Of a DNA stretch of 64,000 nucleotides, positions 19,160 through 28,766 are shown in pieces (position 1 is the stretch's first letter; each line of letters begins with the position of its first letter). The translations under genes were made by a program, and so were the position numbers. The notes under the pieces are model-generated. The model searched no databases and had not been told where the DNA came from. It saw only the letters and a list, made by a program, of their open reading frames with translations. The stretch is from Woeseiaceae bacterium (GTDB lineage Bacteria; Pseudomonadota; Gammaproteobacteria; Steroidobacterales; Woeseiaceae): assembly GCA_021773155.1 (NCBI GenBank), contig JAJFKQ010000027.1, forward strand, positions 8,820 through 72,819, in the 5' to 3' direction.

Positions 19160-21737
19160 GGCGTAACTCTGTGTAACGGGTCAGCAAATTCAGTGGCCGT
19201 GCCGACTTGATGCCTTGCCCAATATTGAGTCGGACGTCGCCGCTCGATATTTCGTCGCACGCTGCTGAAATTTGAACTTTGACTTGCCGTAACAGGTCTG
19301 GCCACTCATCAACATCGGTGTAGCCCTGGCCCGCACCATCGAACGTTATTTCTCTGCTGTCGACATTCACAAGTGCCAGAGCTGAAACGGGGGCCTCCGT
19401 AGCACATGCGTAAACGAATAACTGGATCTCCTGTACTTCCTTTTTTCTGTTGAGCAGTCGTTTCTTCGCGCCCGTCTTGTAATCCAGTATCGCAATTCCG
19501 TTTTCGCCGATGCGGTCAATTCGATCGAACCGCAACGGCAGACGGATATGTCCTGCTACAAATTCAAACTTGCCCTCCACGCCGGCAACCTGAAAATCCC
19601 GGCGCGCACAATCGACCGCAACGAACTGGCGTAACAATTCTGAAATTCGATGTCGTTCCAATAACATTAGCTGTTGCAGAACGGCGTCGACGTTTCTTTC
19701 GTGGCGCATAAATGCGAAGTCCACAGCAGCGTCGATGCGTTCAGTCAGATCTTTGCCTTGCCAACCACGGATGTTGTCACTGGATGGCAAATCGATGTAG
19801 AGATGGTAGAGGGCGTCATGGATCAGATTGCCTCGCATTGGCGCGGGAATTCCGACGGCCTGCGGGTAGATCACGCGCGCCCCCATGCGCCCTTGTACAA
19901 ATGCCGCCACCGGGTCATTCAATTGATGCTGAATCGTGCCCGCGCCACCTGATATCTTTTCTTCTGCGGTCACTGCCGGCACGCTATCCGCGGCCGATCG
20001 TAGACTCGTCCTTGCAGTCAACTTTGCCGCATACCATCCCGGGTCCGTGGTCGCTGCTTCAGACATCGATGGGAATAGCTGCAGGAGACCACTTGCCGTT
20101 TGCTCGGCGTCGTCGTCGGTGAGGGCGTAACTGCAAACGATGGATTCACCTGATCCCAGCAAACGCGTGAGCAACTCAATCGCGTAATTTAAAGTGTTGG
20201 CGGGTGTGCCGTCCGGCATGCCAGTTTTTTCCTGCAAGCGACGCGACACAAGAGCTGACGGCGTACCCGCAGGTGGCCAGTTGGCGGTCGTTACTCCTGT
20301 AAGCCAAAGTGCGTCGAATGCAGCCCCGGATGCCTCGAGTGGGCCCATCAGTTGCACCACGGCGTTAGTTGATTCGGGTTGAAATACAGTCTCTCCCGCC
20401 AGCAGCTCAATTCTGGCTGCCGCTGCACTCGGGGCCATTTTCGAGCTGACGAGCCCGAGCCGCGCAAACTCGTTCAATAATTCACGCCACCGATTTATCA
20501 ACTGGAACTCAGTGCTGTCCAGCGTACCCTGACCAGGCCACCCAAATGCCCGCAGAACCTCGTCAAATAACACAGCCCATTCCGCGGGCGCTGCCTGCTT
20601 CGGCAGATCTCGTCTGCGTTTGCTAAATGCGGCAAGTCTCGCCAGCCAGTCGCTGACATTGTCGCCGTCATCCCGACCACGTAATTCTGCAGTGATCATC
20701 GAAGGTGACCAGCGACGATCGGGCAACTGTCGCAGCCGTAGCTCCAGCCGACTCCGCCCGGCGACGCTTGTTGTACCCACCAACGGCGATCGCAACAGCA
20801 TACTGACATCAGCTGAAGACAGGTCGCTAACGAGCCAACGAAGCAACATCAGAGCAACAGAAATCGCTGGATAGTCAGAAAGTCGGCGACCATAAGAAAC
20901 GTTCACGGCATCAAATAGCGATCTGTGACCGTGTTGCCAGCCTGGCGTGGCGCCCTCTCGTACGCGGCGCGCAATTCCGTCAGCGTCCTTATCAAGACCG
21001 TCCGCAATAATCGCGATTCGGGCCTCGGGATTGTTTTCAATTTGTTGCCGCGCCCAGGCCCCCGCCGACCTCAACTCCGCGCTGGTGTTTTCGAAGGCCT
21101 GTAGCGACAACTGACCACCTGGTTCAGCGTCCGGGACATCACTGACCGCAACTCCGGCAGCCACCATCGCCTCCTGGATCGCCACGATAATCGGCCGTTC
21201 CCGATCAAAGCCAACAAAGGTATGGCGGCCGGAAAAGGTTACTCGCCGGCCCGTGATCAAATTGAGGGCCAGACTGCCGAGCCCGGCGTCGTCGACCCAG
21301 TTCTCGTGCTCCAACACACCAAGATACCGACTGGCAACAGTGGCAAACAGGCGCTGGTCTTCATTCTGTGCTGAGCGGGCAACGTCTCCAATAGAGACCC
21401 GCCAGTCTGCGAGTCGCTGCCACGTATCTCGTGACAAACGAGTAAGGTTTGGGATGCTGACATCCGAGTCGTGAAGATCTTTTCGCAGGCACCGCTCCCA
21501 AAGCAACTGACTTTGCTGTGCATTGATTCGCGTTGGCAGATCCGCCTGTCCCACTGCCGTGTTCGCTACATCGACCAGCCAGTCTTGCCGACTGAGTATT
21601 GCCGGGCTGCGCCACGCTTTCTTACCGGCTCCGAGTTGCTCGGCGGCATATTTCTCGCCCAGGATCCGCGCAAGTCGACGGTTAGCGGTGATTATCGTCC
21701 CGGAGTTGCTCAGTGCATCGGCCAGCCATTCGTACAT
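19149..21737 (-). CDS. addB: AddB-like PD-(D/E)XK nuclease subunit
   Basis: 862 aa with no Walker A and a C-terminal nuclease motif (DRIDRIGENGIAILDYKTG); 11-nt overlap with addA. Confidence 0.55.
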   Translation of the reverse strand: MYEWLADALSNSGTIITANRRLARILGEKYAAEQLGAGKKAWRSPAILSRQDWLVDVANTAVGQADLPTRINAQQSQLLWERCLRKDLHDSDVSIPNLTRLSRDTWQRLADWRVSIGDVARSAQNEDQRLFATVASRYLGVLEHENWVDDAGLGSLALNLITGRRVTFSGRHTFVGFDRERPIIVAIQEAMVAAGVAVSDVPDAEPGGQLSLQAFENTSAELRSAGAWARQQIENNPEARIAIIADGLDKDADGIARRVREGATPGWQHGHRSLFDAVNVSYGRRLSDYPAISVALMLLRWLVSDLSSADVSMLLRSPLVGTTSVAGRSRLELRLRQLPDRRWSPSMITAELRGRDDGDNVSDWLARLAAFSKRRRDLPKQAAPAEWAVLFDEVLRAFGWPGQGTLDSTEFQLINRWRELLNEFARLGLVSSKMAPSAAAARIELLAGETVFQPESTNAVVQLMGPLEASGAAFDALWLTGVTTANWPPAGTPSALVSRRLQEKTGMPDGTPANTLNYAIELLTRLLGSGESIVCSYALTDDDAEQTASGLLQLFPSMSEAATTDPGWYAAKLTARTSLRSAADSVPAVTAEEKISGGAGTIQHQLNDPVAAFVQGRMGARVIYPQAVGIPAPMRGNLIHDALYHLYIDLPSSDNIRGWQGKDLTERIDAAVDFAFMRHERNVDAVLQQLMLLERHRISELLRQFVAVDCARRDFQVAGVEGKFEFVAGHIRLPLRFDRIDRIGENGIAILDYKTGAKKRLLNRKKEVQEIQLFVYACATEAPVSALALVNVDSREITFDGAGQGYTDVDEWPDLLRQVKVQISAACDEISSGDVRLNIGQGIKSARPLNLLTRYTELRRDN

Positions 21738-21740
21738 CGG

Positions 21741-22949
21741 TCAGCGGTATTGCAAAAGACATGCTTCAAAGCGATCGAATACGGCATTGATCGTCTCCGT
21801 ATCGGGGAGTGTCGTGATACGAAAGTGATCCGTGTAGGGAGTATTGAAGCTGCTCCCCGGCGCAACCAGGACGTGGTAATTTTCCAGCAACTCGATTGCG
21901 AAGGCCTGGTCGTCGAGTTTGCCATTGAAGCGCTCGTCCAGCCGAAGAAATGCGTACATCGCGCCCATAGGGCGTTCAAGATGCAGGACATCACTCGTGG
22001 CGACACGCTCGATTACAGCCTGTCTGGATTGATACAGTCGGCCACCAGGTGCCACCAGCTGATCGATACTTTGAAAACCACCAAGCGCCGTCTGCACCGC
22101 CCACTGGCCAGGGACATTGCTGCACAATCGCAGCGCGGACAATAACTCCATCCCATGGATATAGTCAGCAGCGCGATCGAGATCACCGCTGAATACACAC
22201 CAGCCGACTCGGTAACCGCAGGCCCGATAGACCTTTGAGAGACCGGAAAAAGTCAGGCATACCGTATCAGTCGCCAGCGTCGCCAGCGGAATGAATTCGG
22301 CTTCGTCGTAGACCATCCGGTCGTAAATTTCATCGGACATCACGACGAGACCGTGATTTTCTGCGAGCTCAACTATTTTCTGCAGCGTTTCGCGATCATA
22401 AACCGCGCCGCTGGGATTATTCGGGTTGATAACAACGACGGCTTTGGTACGGGAATTGACCAGGCTCTCCATGTGATCAATATCTGGCACGAAGCCGTTA
22501 TCTTCGGTACAGCGGTAGTGTTGGGCGATACCACCGTTTAGTGCGACGGCCGCACTCCAAAGTGGATAATCAGGGCTGGGAACGAGAACCTCGTCACCCG
22601 GATTAAGCAGTGCGCGTAACGATAGATCAATGAGTTCGCTGACACCGTTGCCGATAAAGACCTCGTCAGCAGTCACACCCTCGATCCCGCGATTCTGTTG
22701 CTGCATTACGACGGCTTCGCGGGCCGGAAAAATCCCTTTCTGATGACAATAGGGTTCGGCCTGGCCGAGATTCTCGATCATCGCAAGGCGCATGGTTTCC
22801 GGCGTACGAAAACCGAACAGGCCGGGATTACCGATGTTCAGCGAAATAATTTCGTAACCGCGTTTTTCAAGTTCCAACGCATGATTCGCAAGCTGTCCGC
22901 GAATCTCGTATCGGACATCCTGTAAAACTTTACTCTGTTTGATTGGCAT
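21741..22949 (-). CDS. class I/II PLP aminotransferase, AlaA-like
   Basis: The N-terminus MPIKQSKVLQDVRYEIRG...LNIGNPGLFGF parallels E. coli AlaA. PLP-Lys motif SGLSKVY. Start placed at the ATG at 22949 rather than the GTG at 22973. Confidence 0.75.
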   Translation of the reverse strand: MPIKQSKVLQDVRYEIRGQLANHALELEKRGYEIISLNIGNPGLFGFRTPETMRLAMIENLGQAEPYCHQKGIFPAREAVVMQQQNRGIEGVTADEVFIGNGVSELIDLSLRALLNPGDEVLVPSPDYPLWSAAVALNGGIAQHYRCTEDNGFVPDIDHMESLVNSRTKAVVVINPNNPSGAVYDRETLQKIVELAENHGLVVMSDEIYDRMVYDEAEFIPLATLATDTVCLTFSGLSKVYRACGYRVGWCVFSGDLDRAADYIHGMELLSALRLCSNVPGQWAVQTALGGFQSIDQLVAPGGRLYQSRQAVIERVATSDVLHLERPMGAMYAFLRLDERFNGKLDDQAFAIELLENYHVLVAPGSSFNTPYTDHFRITTLPDTETINAVFDRFEACLLQYR

Positions 22950-22959
22950 GCCGGGCAAA

Positions 22960-24159
22960 CTAAATGACGTCACTCTGTCTCAATATTTCGATTTCCGCGT
23001 CAGAGTAACCCAACCACTCACTCAGTACCTCATTTGTGTGCTCACCCAGGAACGGCGGCGCTCTCTTATAACTAACGGGTGTAGCGCCAAACTCGACAGG
23101 ATTCGATACCTGCGGGATGGCTTCAGCTTTACTATTTTGAATGCTGCGAACCAGGTGGCGCTCTATTGCGTGGTCGTTCGTCAAGACCTCTGCAATGTCG
23201 TTGATCGGTCCGGCAGGCACACCCTTTTCTCGCAGTGCTCCCAGCCAGTGCTGTGTACTGTCCTGCAGAAATCTTGATTGCAGTAGCGGGATCAGAACAT
23301 CGCGGTTTTCAACGCGGCTGCTCGCTGTTTCGAAACGTGCGTCGCCGGAAACCGACTGCAAATCGAGCGCGTTGCAGCAATTCAGAAACTGCTGGTCATT
23401 GCCAACGGCCAGCATCAAGTCGCCATCGCTGGTGGCAAATGCCTGATACGGCACAAGATTGGGATGTGCGGTGCCCATACGCCCCGGGGTGTTACCGCCT
23501 ATCAGGAAATTCATATTCTGGTTCGCCAGCCACGCGACCTGGCTATCGTAAAGCGGAACATCGATGTGCTGGCCCAGCCCTCTCCGGGCACGGGAATTTA
23601 GTGCAGCCAGGATCGCCGTCGTCGCGTACATGCCCGCCATGATGTCTGCGATGGCCACGCCGACCTTCTGCGGCCCGCCCGCTTCATGCTGAGCCGAGCC
23701 AGTAATGCTCATCAGGCCGCCGGACGCCTGGATCATCGCATCGTACCCGGGTTCCTTCGCACGGGACCCTGTTTGTCCAAACACCGAGATCGAGCAATAG
23801 ATCAGCTTTGGATTGAGTTCGAGTAATTCGTCGGACCCAAGACCAAATTTCGCCATCGTTCCGACCTTGAAATTTTCCAGCAGTACATCGACATGCTGAA
23901 CAAGGTCCTTAATGATCGCCTGACCTTCCAGTGCGGCAATGTTGACAGTCACCGAGCGCTTGTTCCTGTTTGTGGAGAGATAGTACGCGGACTCACCGTC
24001 CAGCCAGGGTGGCCCCCACTGCCGTGTGTCGTCACCGGTCATCGGCCTTTCAATCTTGATGACATCCGCGCCGTAGTCGCCGAGCAGTTGCGCTGCCCAT
24101 GGGCCCGCAAGGACCCGGCTCATATCGAGGACTCGAAGACTGTCTAGTGGCGCGGTCAT
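22960..24159 (-). CDS. family III CoA-transferase (CaiB/BaiF family)
   Basis: LRVLDMSRVLAGPWAAQLLGDYGADVIKIE N-terminal signature. The ATG at 24159 is preferred because the longer ORF would run through the upstream terminator hairpin. Confidence 0.8.
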   Translation of the reverse strand: MTAPLDSLRVLDMSRVLAGPWAAQLLGDYGADVIKIERPMTGDDTRQWGPPWLDGESAYYLSTNRNKRSVTVNIAALEGQAIIKDLVQHVDVLLENFKVGTMAKFGLGSDELLELNPKLIYCSISVFGQTGSRAKEPGYDAMIQASGGLMSITGSAQHEAGGPQKVGVAIADIMAGMYATTAILAALNSRARRGLGQHIDVPLYDSQVAWLANQNMNFLIGGNTPGRMGTAHPNLVPYQAFATSDGDLMLAVGNDQQFLNCCNALDLQSVSGDARFETASSRVENRDVLIPLLQSRFLQDSTQHWLGALREKGVPAGPINDIAEVLTNDHAIERHLVRSIQNSKAEAIPQVSNPVEFGATPVSYKRAPPFLGEHTNEVLSEWLGYSDAEIEILRQSDVI

Positions 24160-24174
24160 GGCCTTACCCTTAAT

Positions 24175-24208
24175 AAAAAACCCGGCCAACCGGTAAAGGT
24201 TGGCCGGG
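24175..24208 (-). terminator. intrinsic terminator after lipoprotein gene
   Basis: On the minus strand, a cccggccaacc / ggttggccggg 11-bp stem with 6-nt loop followed by TTTTTT. Confidence 0.65.
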
Positions 24209-24240
24209 CGGGTCCGCACGGAGATTGCGGATTGCGTGAC

Positions 24241-24738
24241 TCAGTCGCCCGACGTTTCGTCGTTGGCAGCTGGGTCCAGCTCTTCTACCTCTGCGCCCTT
24301 AACCTCTTTAGGCACAGGTGTTTGTTTAATTTCCGGCTCCTTCTTGCCGTACTGGATCAGGAGATACTCGTGATCCTCCGGAGTCAGTTCTCGAATCGAC
24401 GCAATTTTTATCGACTCGCTTGCCGAATGACCATCAAAAATCACCTCACTAAAGCGGGCGCAGATCCGGCCTGTAGGTGATTCAAACCTGATGCCCCAGG
24501 AAGAGCTGAGTCCGTAAGCCCGTCGACGCAACACCACATGGTAAGTGCGACGTCCTGATGCATCGACGATGAGGTTCGATTCATCCAGAACGGTGTATCC
24601 TCGGATACTTGATCTGAAGATGCAATTCGATCGATGGCTTGTGACCTCTGAATCACCACTACCCGGACTATCCTGGGTGCTTGCACATGCTAATAAAACA
24701 CTTGAACAAACAATAATAACTAGTTGTTTATAAAGCAT
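24241..24738 (-). CDS. putative lipoprotein, unknown function
   Basis: MLYKQLVIIVCSSVLLAC signal peptide with lipobox; GGAGAA Shine-Dalgarno 5 nt upstream of the ATG at 24738; acidic Pro/Glu/Lys-rich C-terminal tail. Confidence 0.55.
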   Translation of the reverse strand: MLYKQLVIIVCSSVLLACASTQDSPGSGDSEVTSHRSNCIFRSSIRGYTVLDESNLIVDASGRRTYHVVLRRRAYGLSSSWGIRFESPTGRICARFSEVIFDGHSASESIKIASIRELTPEDHEYLLIQYGKKEPEIKQTPVPKEVKGAEVEELDPAANDETSGD

Positions 24739-24863
24739 TATAACTTCTCCGAGAATAGACCCCCCAATCACTGCTGCGAATGTGCAATCTGCTCTCTGTG
24801 TGCCGGTATTTGCCGGTTTAATGTATTAAGTTTACGTCATATCCGCACTGTTTTTGATCCGTA

Positions 24864-25718
24864 TCAGCCGTAACCCAGTCCGATTGGCCGGCTGGAATCG
24901 GTGATCCATTCGCTCCAGGACCCCACATAAAGCCGCGGATCACGATATCCGGCCGCGACAGCGGACACAGCCAGATGACATGCCGTAACGCCAGAGCCGC
25001 ACATCACGACCCACTCCGTCTCACGGTCATCACCAAGATGGCGTAGCCACAGCTCCTGTAATTCCTCTACTCTCTTCCAGTACCCGTCGTCATTCATGCT
25101 CTCAGGAAATGGCAGGCTTCGGGCTCCGGGGATATGCCCCGCTACACTATCGATCGGCTCATCCTCACCGATAAAACGTATTAGATCGCGAGCGTCGAAA
25201 ATATTGAGGCTGTCAATATTTGCACCTGCATCGCAAATCTCTGCGGTCGTGATCACAAGCTCGTCACGCACGTTGCTGACGAATTCCGCGGGGCGTGGGA
25301 TGATCACACCCGACGACAGCGGAAACTGCGACTTCGACCAAGCGGCTATCCCACCATCCAGCAAGCGAACATCCGAATGGCCAAGCCAGCGGAGCGTCCA
25401 CCACGCTCTCGCAGCAATGGCGCCGTTGTCATTATCGTAAACCACCACAGTGGTATTGTTATTGATGCCCAGCCGACCGATGGTCCTGCTGATATTTGCT
25501 ACATCCGGCAACGGATGGCGCCCTGTGTCTTGTCCTAATGGAGCCGAAAGATCCTCATTGAGATCCGCAAATACTGCACCCGGTATGTGCGCGGTCGCGT
25601 AGTTCCGACGCCCGGCCGTTGGATCCGACAGTTCGGATCTGCAATCGATGGTGCACCAGGAATTATCCTGCAGATGTTCGTTGAGTTCTTGCGCCGCTAT
25701 TAGCTGTTTGTTCCTCAA
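24864..25718 (-). CDS. sseA: thiosulfate/3-mercaptopyruvate sulfurtransferase (tandem rhodanese)
   Basis: Two rhodanese domains with the active-site loop MCGSGVTAC in the second. Confidence 0.8.
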   Translation of the reverse strand: MRNKQLIAAQELNEHLQDNSWCTIDCRSELSDPTAGRRNYATAHIPGAVFADLNEDLSAPLGQDTGRHPLPDVANISRTIGRLGINNNTTVVVYDNDNGAIAARAWWTLRWLGHSDVRLLDGGIAAWSKSQFPLSSGVIIPRPAEFVSNVRDELVITTAEICDAGANIDSLNIFDARDLIRFIGEDEPIDSVAGHIPGARSLPFPESMNDDGYWKRVEELQELWLRHLGDDRETEWVVMCGSGVTACHLAVSAVAAGYRDPRLYVGSWSEWITDSSRPIGLGYG

Positions 25719-25837
25719 TTACTCGATCTCCAAATATCAGTCCAAAATCGGGCTTGTGCACGGTAATTGCCTATTGGACAATACCGGGCCGCGGAGTAGA
25801 TTCGCAATACCCGCCACTAGGGAAAAGGAGCATTAGA

Positions 25838-26587
25838 GTGCAAAAGATTCTTGTTGGCTTGAAACGAGTCGTTGATTACAACGTTCGAGTTCGCGTCAAG
25901 AGCGATGGCAGCGGTGTTGAAACCGATGGCGTCAAAATGAGCATTAACCCGTTTGACGAAATTGCGCTCGAAGAGGCATTGCGGATCAAAGAGAGTGGTC
26001 AGGCCGCAGAGGTCATCGTTATCTCTGTGGGTACCGGCGATGCCCAGCAACAATTGCGTACCGGGCTCGCGATGGGAGCGGATCGCGCCATTCTGGTGGA
26101 GTCCGAAGGCTCTGTGGGCTCGCTGGGCATTGCTCGAATTTTTAAATCGATTATTGATCGCGACAGCATTGACCTGGTTCTTTTGGGTAAGCAGGCGATC
26201 GACGACGATAACAGTCAGACCGGTCAAATGCTGGCTGCCATCTGGGGCCGTCCACAAGCGACCTTTGCATCGCAAGTCGAATGGAATGGTGACAAAGCGA
26301 AAGTTACACGAGAGGTCGATGCTGGCCTGGAGATCACTGAGGTCGACTTACCTGCGGTCGTAACTGTGGATCTGCGCCTTAATGAACCTCGTTACGTCAA
26401 GTTGCCTGACATTATGAAGGCCAAGAAGAAGCCGCTTGAGACAATCGCCATGGCTGACCTTGGGGTTGATCCAGGGCCCGAAATTAAAGAACTGTCGTTC
26501 GAACCACCGGCGGAACGCGAACGTGGCGTGATGGTGGATGATGTTGCCGGCCTGGTTGCCGCACTAAAAGACAAAGGACTGGCGTGA
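25838..26587 (+). CDS. etfB: electron transfer flavoprotein beta subunit
   Basis: (V)QKILVGLKRVVDYNVRVRV N-terminus typical of EtfB. GTG at 25838 preceded by AAGGAG at 7-nt spacing. The listed longer ORF start is unlikely. Confidence 0.9.
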   Translation: MQKILVGLKRVVDYNVRVRVKSDGSGVETDGVKMSINPFDEIALEEALRIKESGQAAEVIVISVGTGDAQQQLRTGLAMGADRAILVESEGSVGSLGIARIFKSIIDRDSIDLVLLGKQAIDDDNSQTGQMLAAIWGRPQATFASQVEWNGDKAKVTREVDAGLEITEVDLPAVVTVDLRLNEPRYVKLPDIMKAKKKPLETIAMADLGVDPGPEIKELSFEPPAERERGVMVDDVAGLVAALKDKGLA

Positions 26588-27525
26588 TGTCAAAAATTCT
26601 CATTATTGCGGAACACGATGGTTCCATTCTTAATTCAAGCACAGCGAAGACGGTTGCCTGCGCAGCCACCATTGAGGGTGCCGAAATTGATATCGCAGTT
26701 CTGGCGTCAACTGCTGGTCCAGTGGCAGCTCAGGCGGCTGAACTCGAGTCAGTTACGCGGGTTTTGATACTTGAGCGTCCTGAAAATGAACAGGCTATTG
26801 CCGCGATACTCGCACCACAGATTGCTGCACTGGCAGGTGGCTACTCACATATTTTCGGACCGTCGACAACATTCGGCAAAGACCTGATGCCGCACGTCGC
26901 TGCACTGCTCAGCGTCAATCAGGTCAGCGACATCATGGCCGTTGAGAGCAGTCACACGTTTAAGCGCCCGATCTATGCCGGTAGCGCAGTGGCTACGGTC
27001 GAAGCCCCGGGCGACAGTGTTGTGGTGGGTACAGTTCGCATCGCATCCTACGGTGCTGCAAATGGAGGCAACTCCGCCGCAATCGAGAGTGCCGACGTTT
27101 CAGCGGATCTCCCCTCGCATACTCGCATTCTGGAGGTGCAGTCCGGTGTCTCAGATCGGCCGGATCTACAGACTGCAGCGAAGGTCGTGGCCGGTGGCCG
27201 GGCTCTGGGGAGCGAAGAAGGCTTCGACCTGATATACAGGCTGGCCGACAAATTGGCAGCCGGTGTTGGTGCTTCGCGCGCAGCCGTCGACGCCGGGTAC
27301 GTGCCGAACGAAATGCAGATCGGTCAGACGGGCAAGATTATCGCGCCGGATTTGTACATAGCGATCGGTATTTCGGGGGCTATCCAGCACATCACGGGTA
27401 TCAAGGATGCCGGGACTATCGTTGCTATCAACAAGGATGAAGAAGCGCCGATTTTCGAGATCGCCGATATTGGACTCGTATCGGACTTGTTCAATACCTT
27501 GCCAGAGCTGATCGAAGCCCTCTAG
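26584..27525 (+). CDS. etfA: electron transfer flavoprotein alpha subunit
   Basis: C-terminal FAD-binding motif PDLYIAIGISGAIQHITG; 4-nt overlap with etfB. Confidence 0.9.
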   Translation: MMSKILIIAEHDGSILNSSTAKTVACAATIEGAEIDIAVLASTAGPVAAQAAELESVTRVLILERPENEQAIAAILAPQIAALAGGYSHIFGPSTTFGKDLMPHVAALLSVNQVSDIMAVESSHTFKRPIYAGSAVATVEAPGDSVVVGTVRIASYGAANGGNSAAIESADVSADLPSHTRILEVQSGVSDRPDLQTAAKVVAGGRALGSEEGFDLIYRLADKLAAGVGASRAAVDAGYVPNEMQIGQTGKIIAPDLYIAIGISGAIQHITGIKDAGTIVAINKDEEAPIFEIADIGLVSDLFNTLPELIEAL

Positions 27526-27556
27526 TGGTCCAACAAGTTGGTATTGATGGGTTCAG
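27525..27556. repeat. left terminal inverted repeat of MITE-like element
   Basis: Perfect 32-nt complement of 27757-27788 (35 nt if the flanking cta/tag bases are included). Confidence 0.9.
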
Positions 27557-27756
27557 AGCCAGCCAGAAGATCCAAGACAAGGCGCAGTCCGAAGGGAATG
27601 GCGAGTCCTTTCCAAGGGCTGTAACGTCGTATTGGATCTTCTGGCTGGCTCCCTTCGGGCGAGCTGTGAAGCGGTCGTCCGCGGTGTTGCGCCTCTTGGC
27701 AAGGACCCGGCCATTACCGGCGAGACGCGTCTAGCGGCCAACCGCTTCACAGCTCG

Positions 27757-27788
27757 CTGAACCCATCAATACCAACTTGTTGGACCAC
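27757..27788. repeat. right terminal inverted repeat of MITE-like element
   Basis: Perfect 32-nt complement of 27525-27556. Confidence 0.9.
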
Positions 27789-27821
27789 TAGTCGAGGGCT
27801 TCGCCGGGGCTCCGCGGTGGA

Positions 27822-28304
27822 CTACAGGGCGTCCAATATGGCTTCGGCCTTGCTAACTTCAAATTGGCCCGGGGCCTCAACGGCAATGTGCGTCGCGACG
27901 CCGTCGTCGACGACAATTGCGAAACGCTGACCGCGCACGCCCATGCCAAATCCTGACGCATCGAATTCAAGACCCAGCGCCTTGGCGTAGTCCCCGTTGC
28001 CATCGGCAAGCATCATGATGTTTTCGCCGACACCACGGTCTTTGCCCCACGCATTCATAACAAATACGTCGTTAACGGCCATACAAGCAACCGTGTCGAC
28101 GTTCTTGCTCTTCAACGCGTCGAATTGATCGACGAATCCAGGCAGGTGATTCATTGAACAGGTTGGTGTGAAGGCACCTGGAACGGAAACCAGGACAACT
28201 TTCTTACCGGAAAACAGATCGTCAGTTGAAATCGCACCAGGTCCGGCCTCCGTCATGATTCCAAAGGCACCTGAGGGCATTTTGTCACCTGTAGATATAG
28301 TCAT
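27822..28304 (-). CDS. peroxiredoxin (Prx5/PrxD-type, AhpC/TSA family)
   Basis: VSVPGAFTPTCS peroxidatic cysteine motif; 160 aa. Confidence 0.85.
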   Translation of the reverse strand: MTISTGDKMPSGAFGIMTEAGPGAISTDDLFSGKKVVLVSVPGAFTPTCSMNHLPGFVDQFDALKSKNVDTVACMAVNDVFVMNAWGKDRGVGENIMMLADGNGDYAKALGLEFDASGFGMGVRGQRFAIVVDDGVATHIAVEAPGQFEVSKAEAILDAL

Positions 28305-28330
28305 TTCAAGCGCTCCTGCTTGGGTTTTGG

Positions 28331-28651
28331 TTAGTACTCGTTTTCGCCGACGTGCACCACAAGGCCGTCGAGTTCGTCTGATACTTCAATCTGGCATGTC
28401 AGGCGGCTATTAGTTTTACGCTCAAATGCCGCGTCCAGCATGCTGTCTTCCATGTCATCCATTGGTGCCAGTTTTTCTATCCACGCCTCATCAATGTAGC
28501 CGTGACAAGTCGCACACGCACACGCCCCGCCACACTCGGCGACGATACCGTCAATATTGTTATTTATAGCCCCTTCCATGACTGAGTAGCCATTCTCGAC
28601 TTCCACTTCGTGTCGGGACCCATCGCGTGTCTGATAGATGATTTTCGGCAT
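28331..28651 (-). CDS. 2Fe-2S ferredoxin (adrenodoxin/putidaredoxin type)
   Basis: ECGGACACATCH plus LTCQ cysteine ligands. MPKIIYQ start at the ATG at 28651; the listed start is an upstream TTG. Confidence 0.8.
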   Translation of the reverse strand: MPKIIYQTRDGSRHEVEVENGYSVMEGAINNNIDGIVAECGGACACATCHGYIDEAWIEKLAPMDDMEDSMLDAAFERKTNSRLTCQIEVSDELDGLVVHVGENEY

Positions 28652-28687
28652 TTCTATAATTCCGTAGCTCAAAAGCGCGCAATATTA

Positions 28688-28717
28688 AGGGCGTTGACCA
28701 ATCTCGGTCAACGCCCT
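28688..28717 (-). terminator. possible terminator hairpin downstream of TonB-cluster TPR gene
   Basis: Perfect 12-bp stem agggcgttgacc / ggtcaacgccct with a 6-nt loop, but no immediate U-tract on the minus strand. Confidence 0.35.
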
Positions 28718-28766
28718 CGTAAGTCGATACGTTGTTAATGCGATTGAAAGGCAGCTACCGCGGCAA

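Larger units (their letters stand above)
27525..27788. mobile_element. MITE-like non-autonomous element (264 bp, TA-flanked, 32-bp perfect TIRs)
   Basis: gtggtccaacaagttggtattgatgggttcag at 27525-27556 is the exact reverse complement of 27757-27788. TA lies on both sides (27523-24, 27789-90). Deleting the element restores a 9-bp terminator hairpin. No coding capacity. Confidence 0.55.

Noticed and set aside
21471-22145. 224-aa plus-strand ORF spanning the addB/aminotransferase junction
   Set aside because: It is antisense to two conserved genes and has no motifs. It is an artefact of open antisense frames.
27525-27750. 69-aa (+) and 65-aa (-) ORFs inside the etfA-prx spacer
   Set aside because: They are mirror images generated by the nested perfect inverted repeats of the MITE-like element. 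They have no Shine-Dalgarno sequence, Arg/Ala/Ser-rich composition and no motifs.
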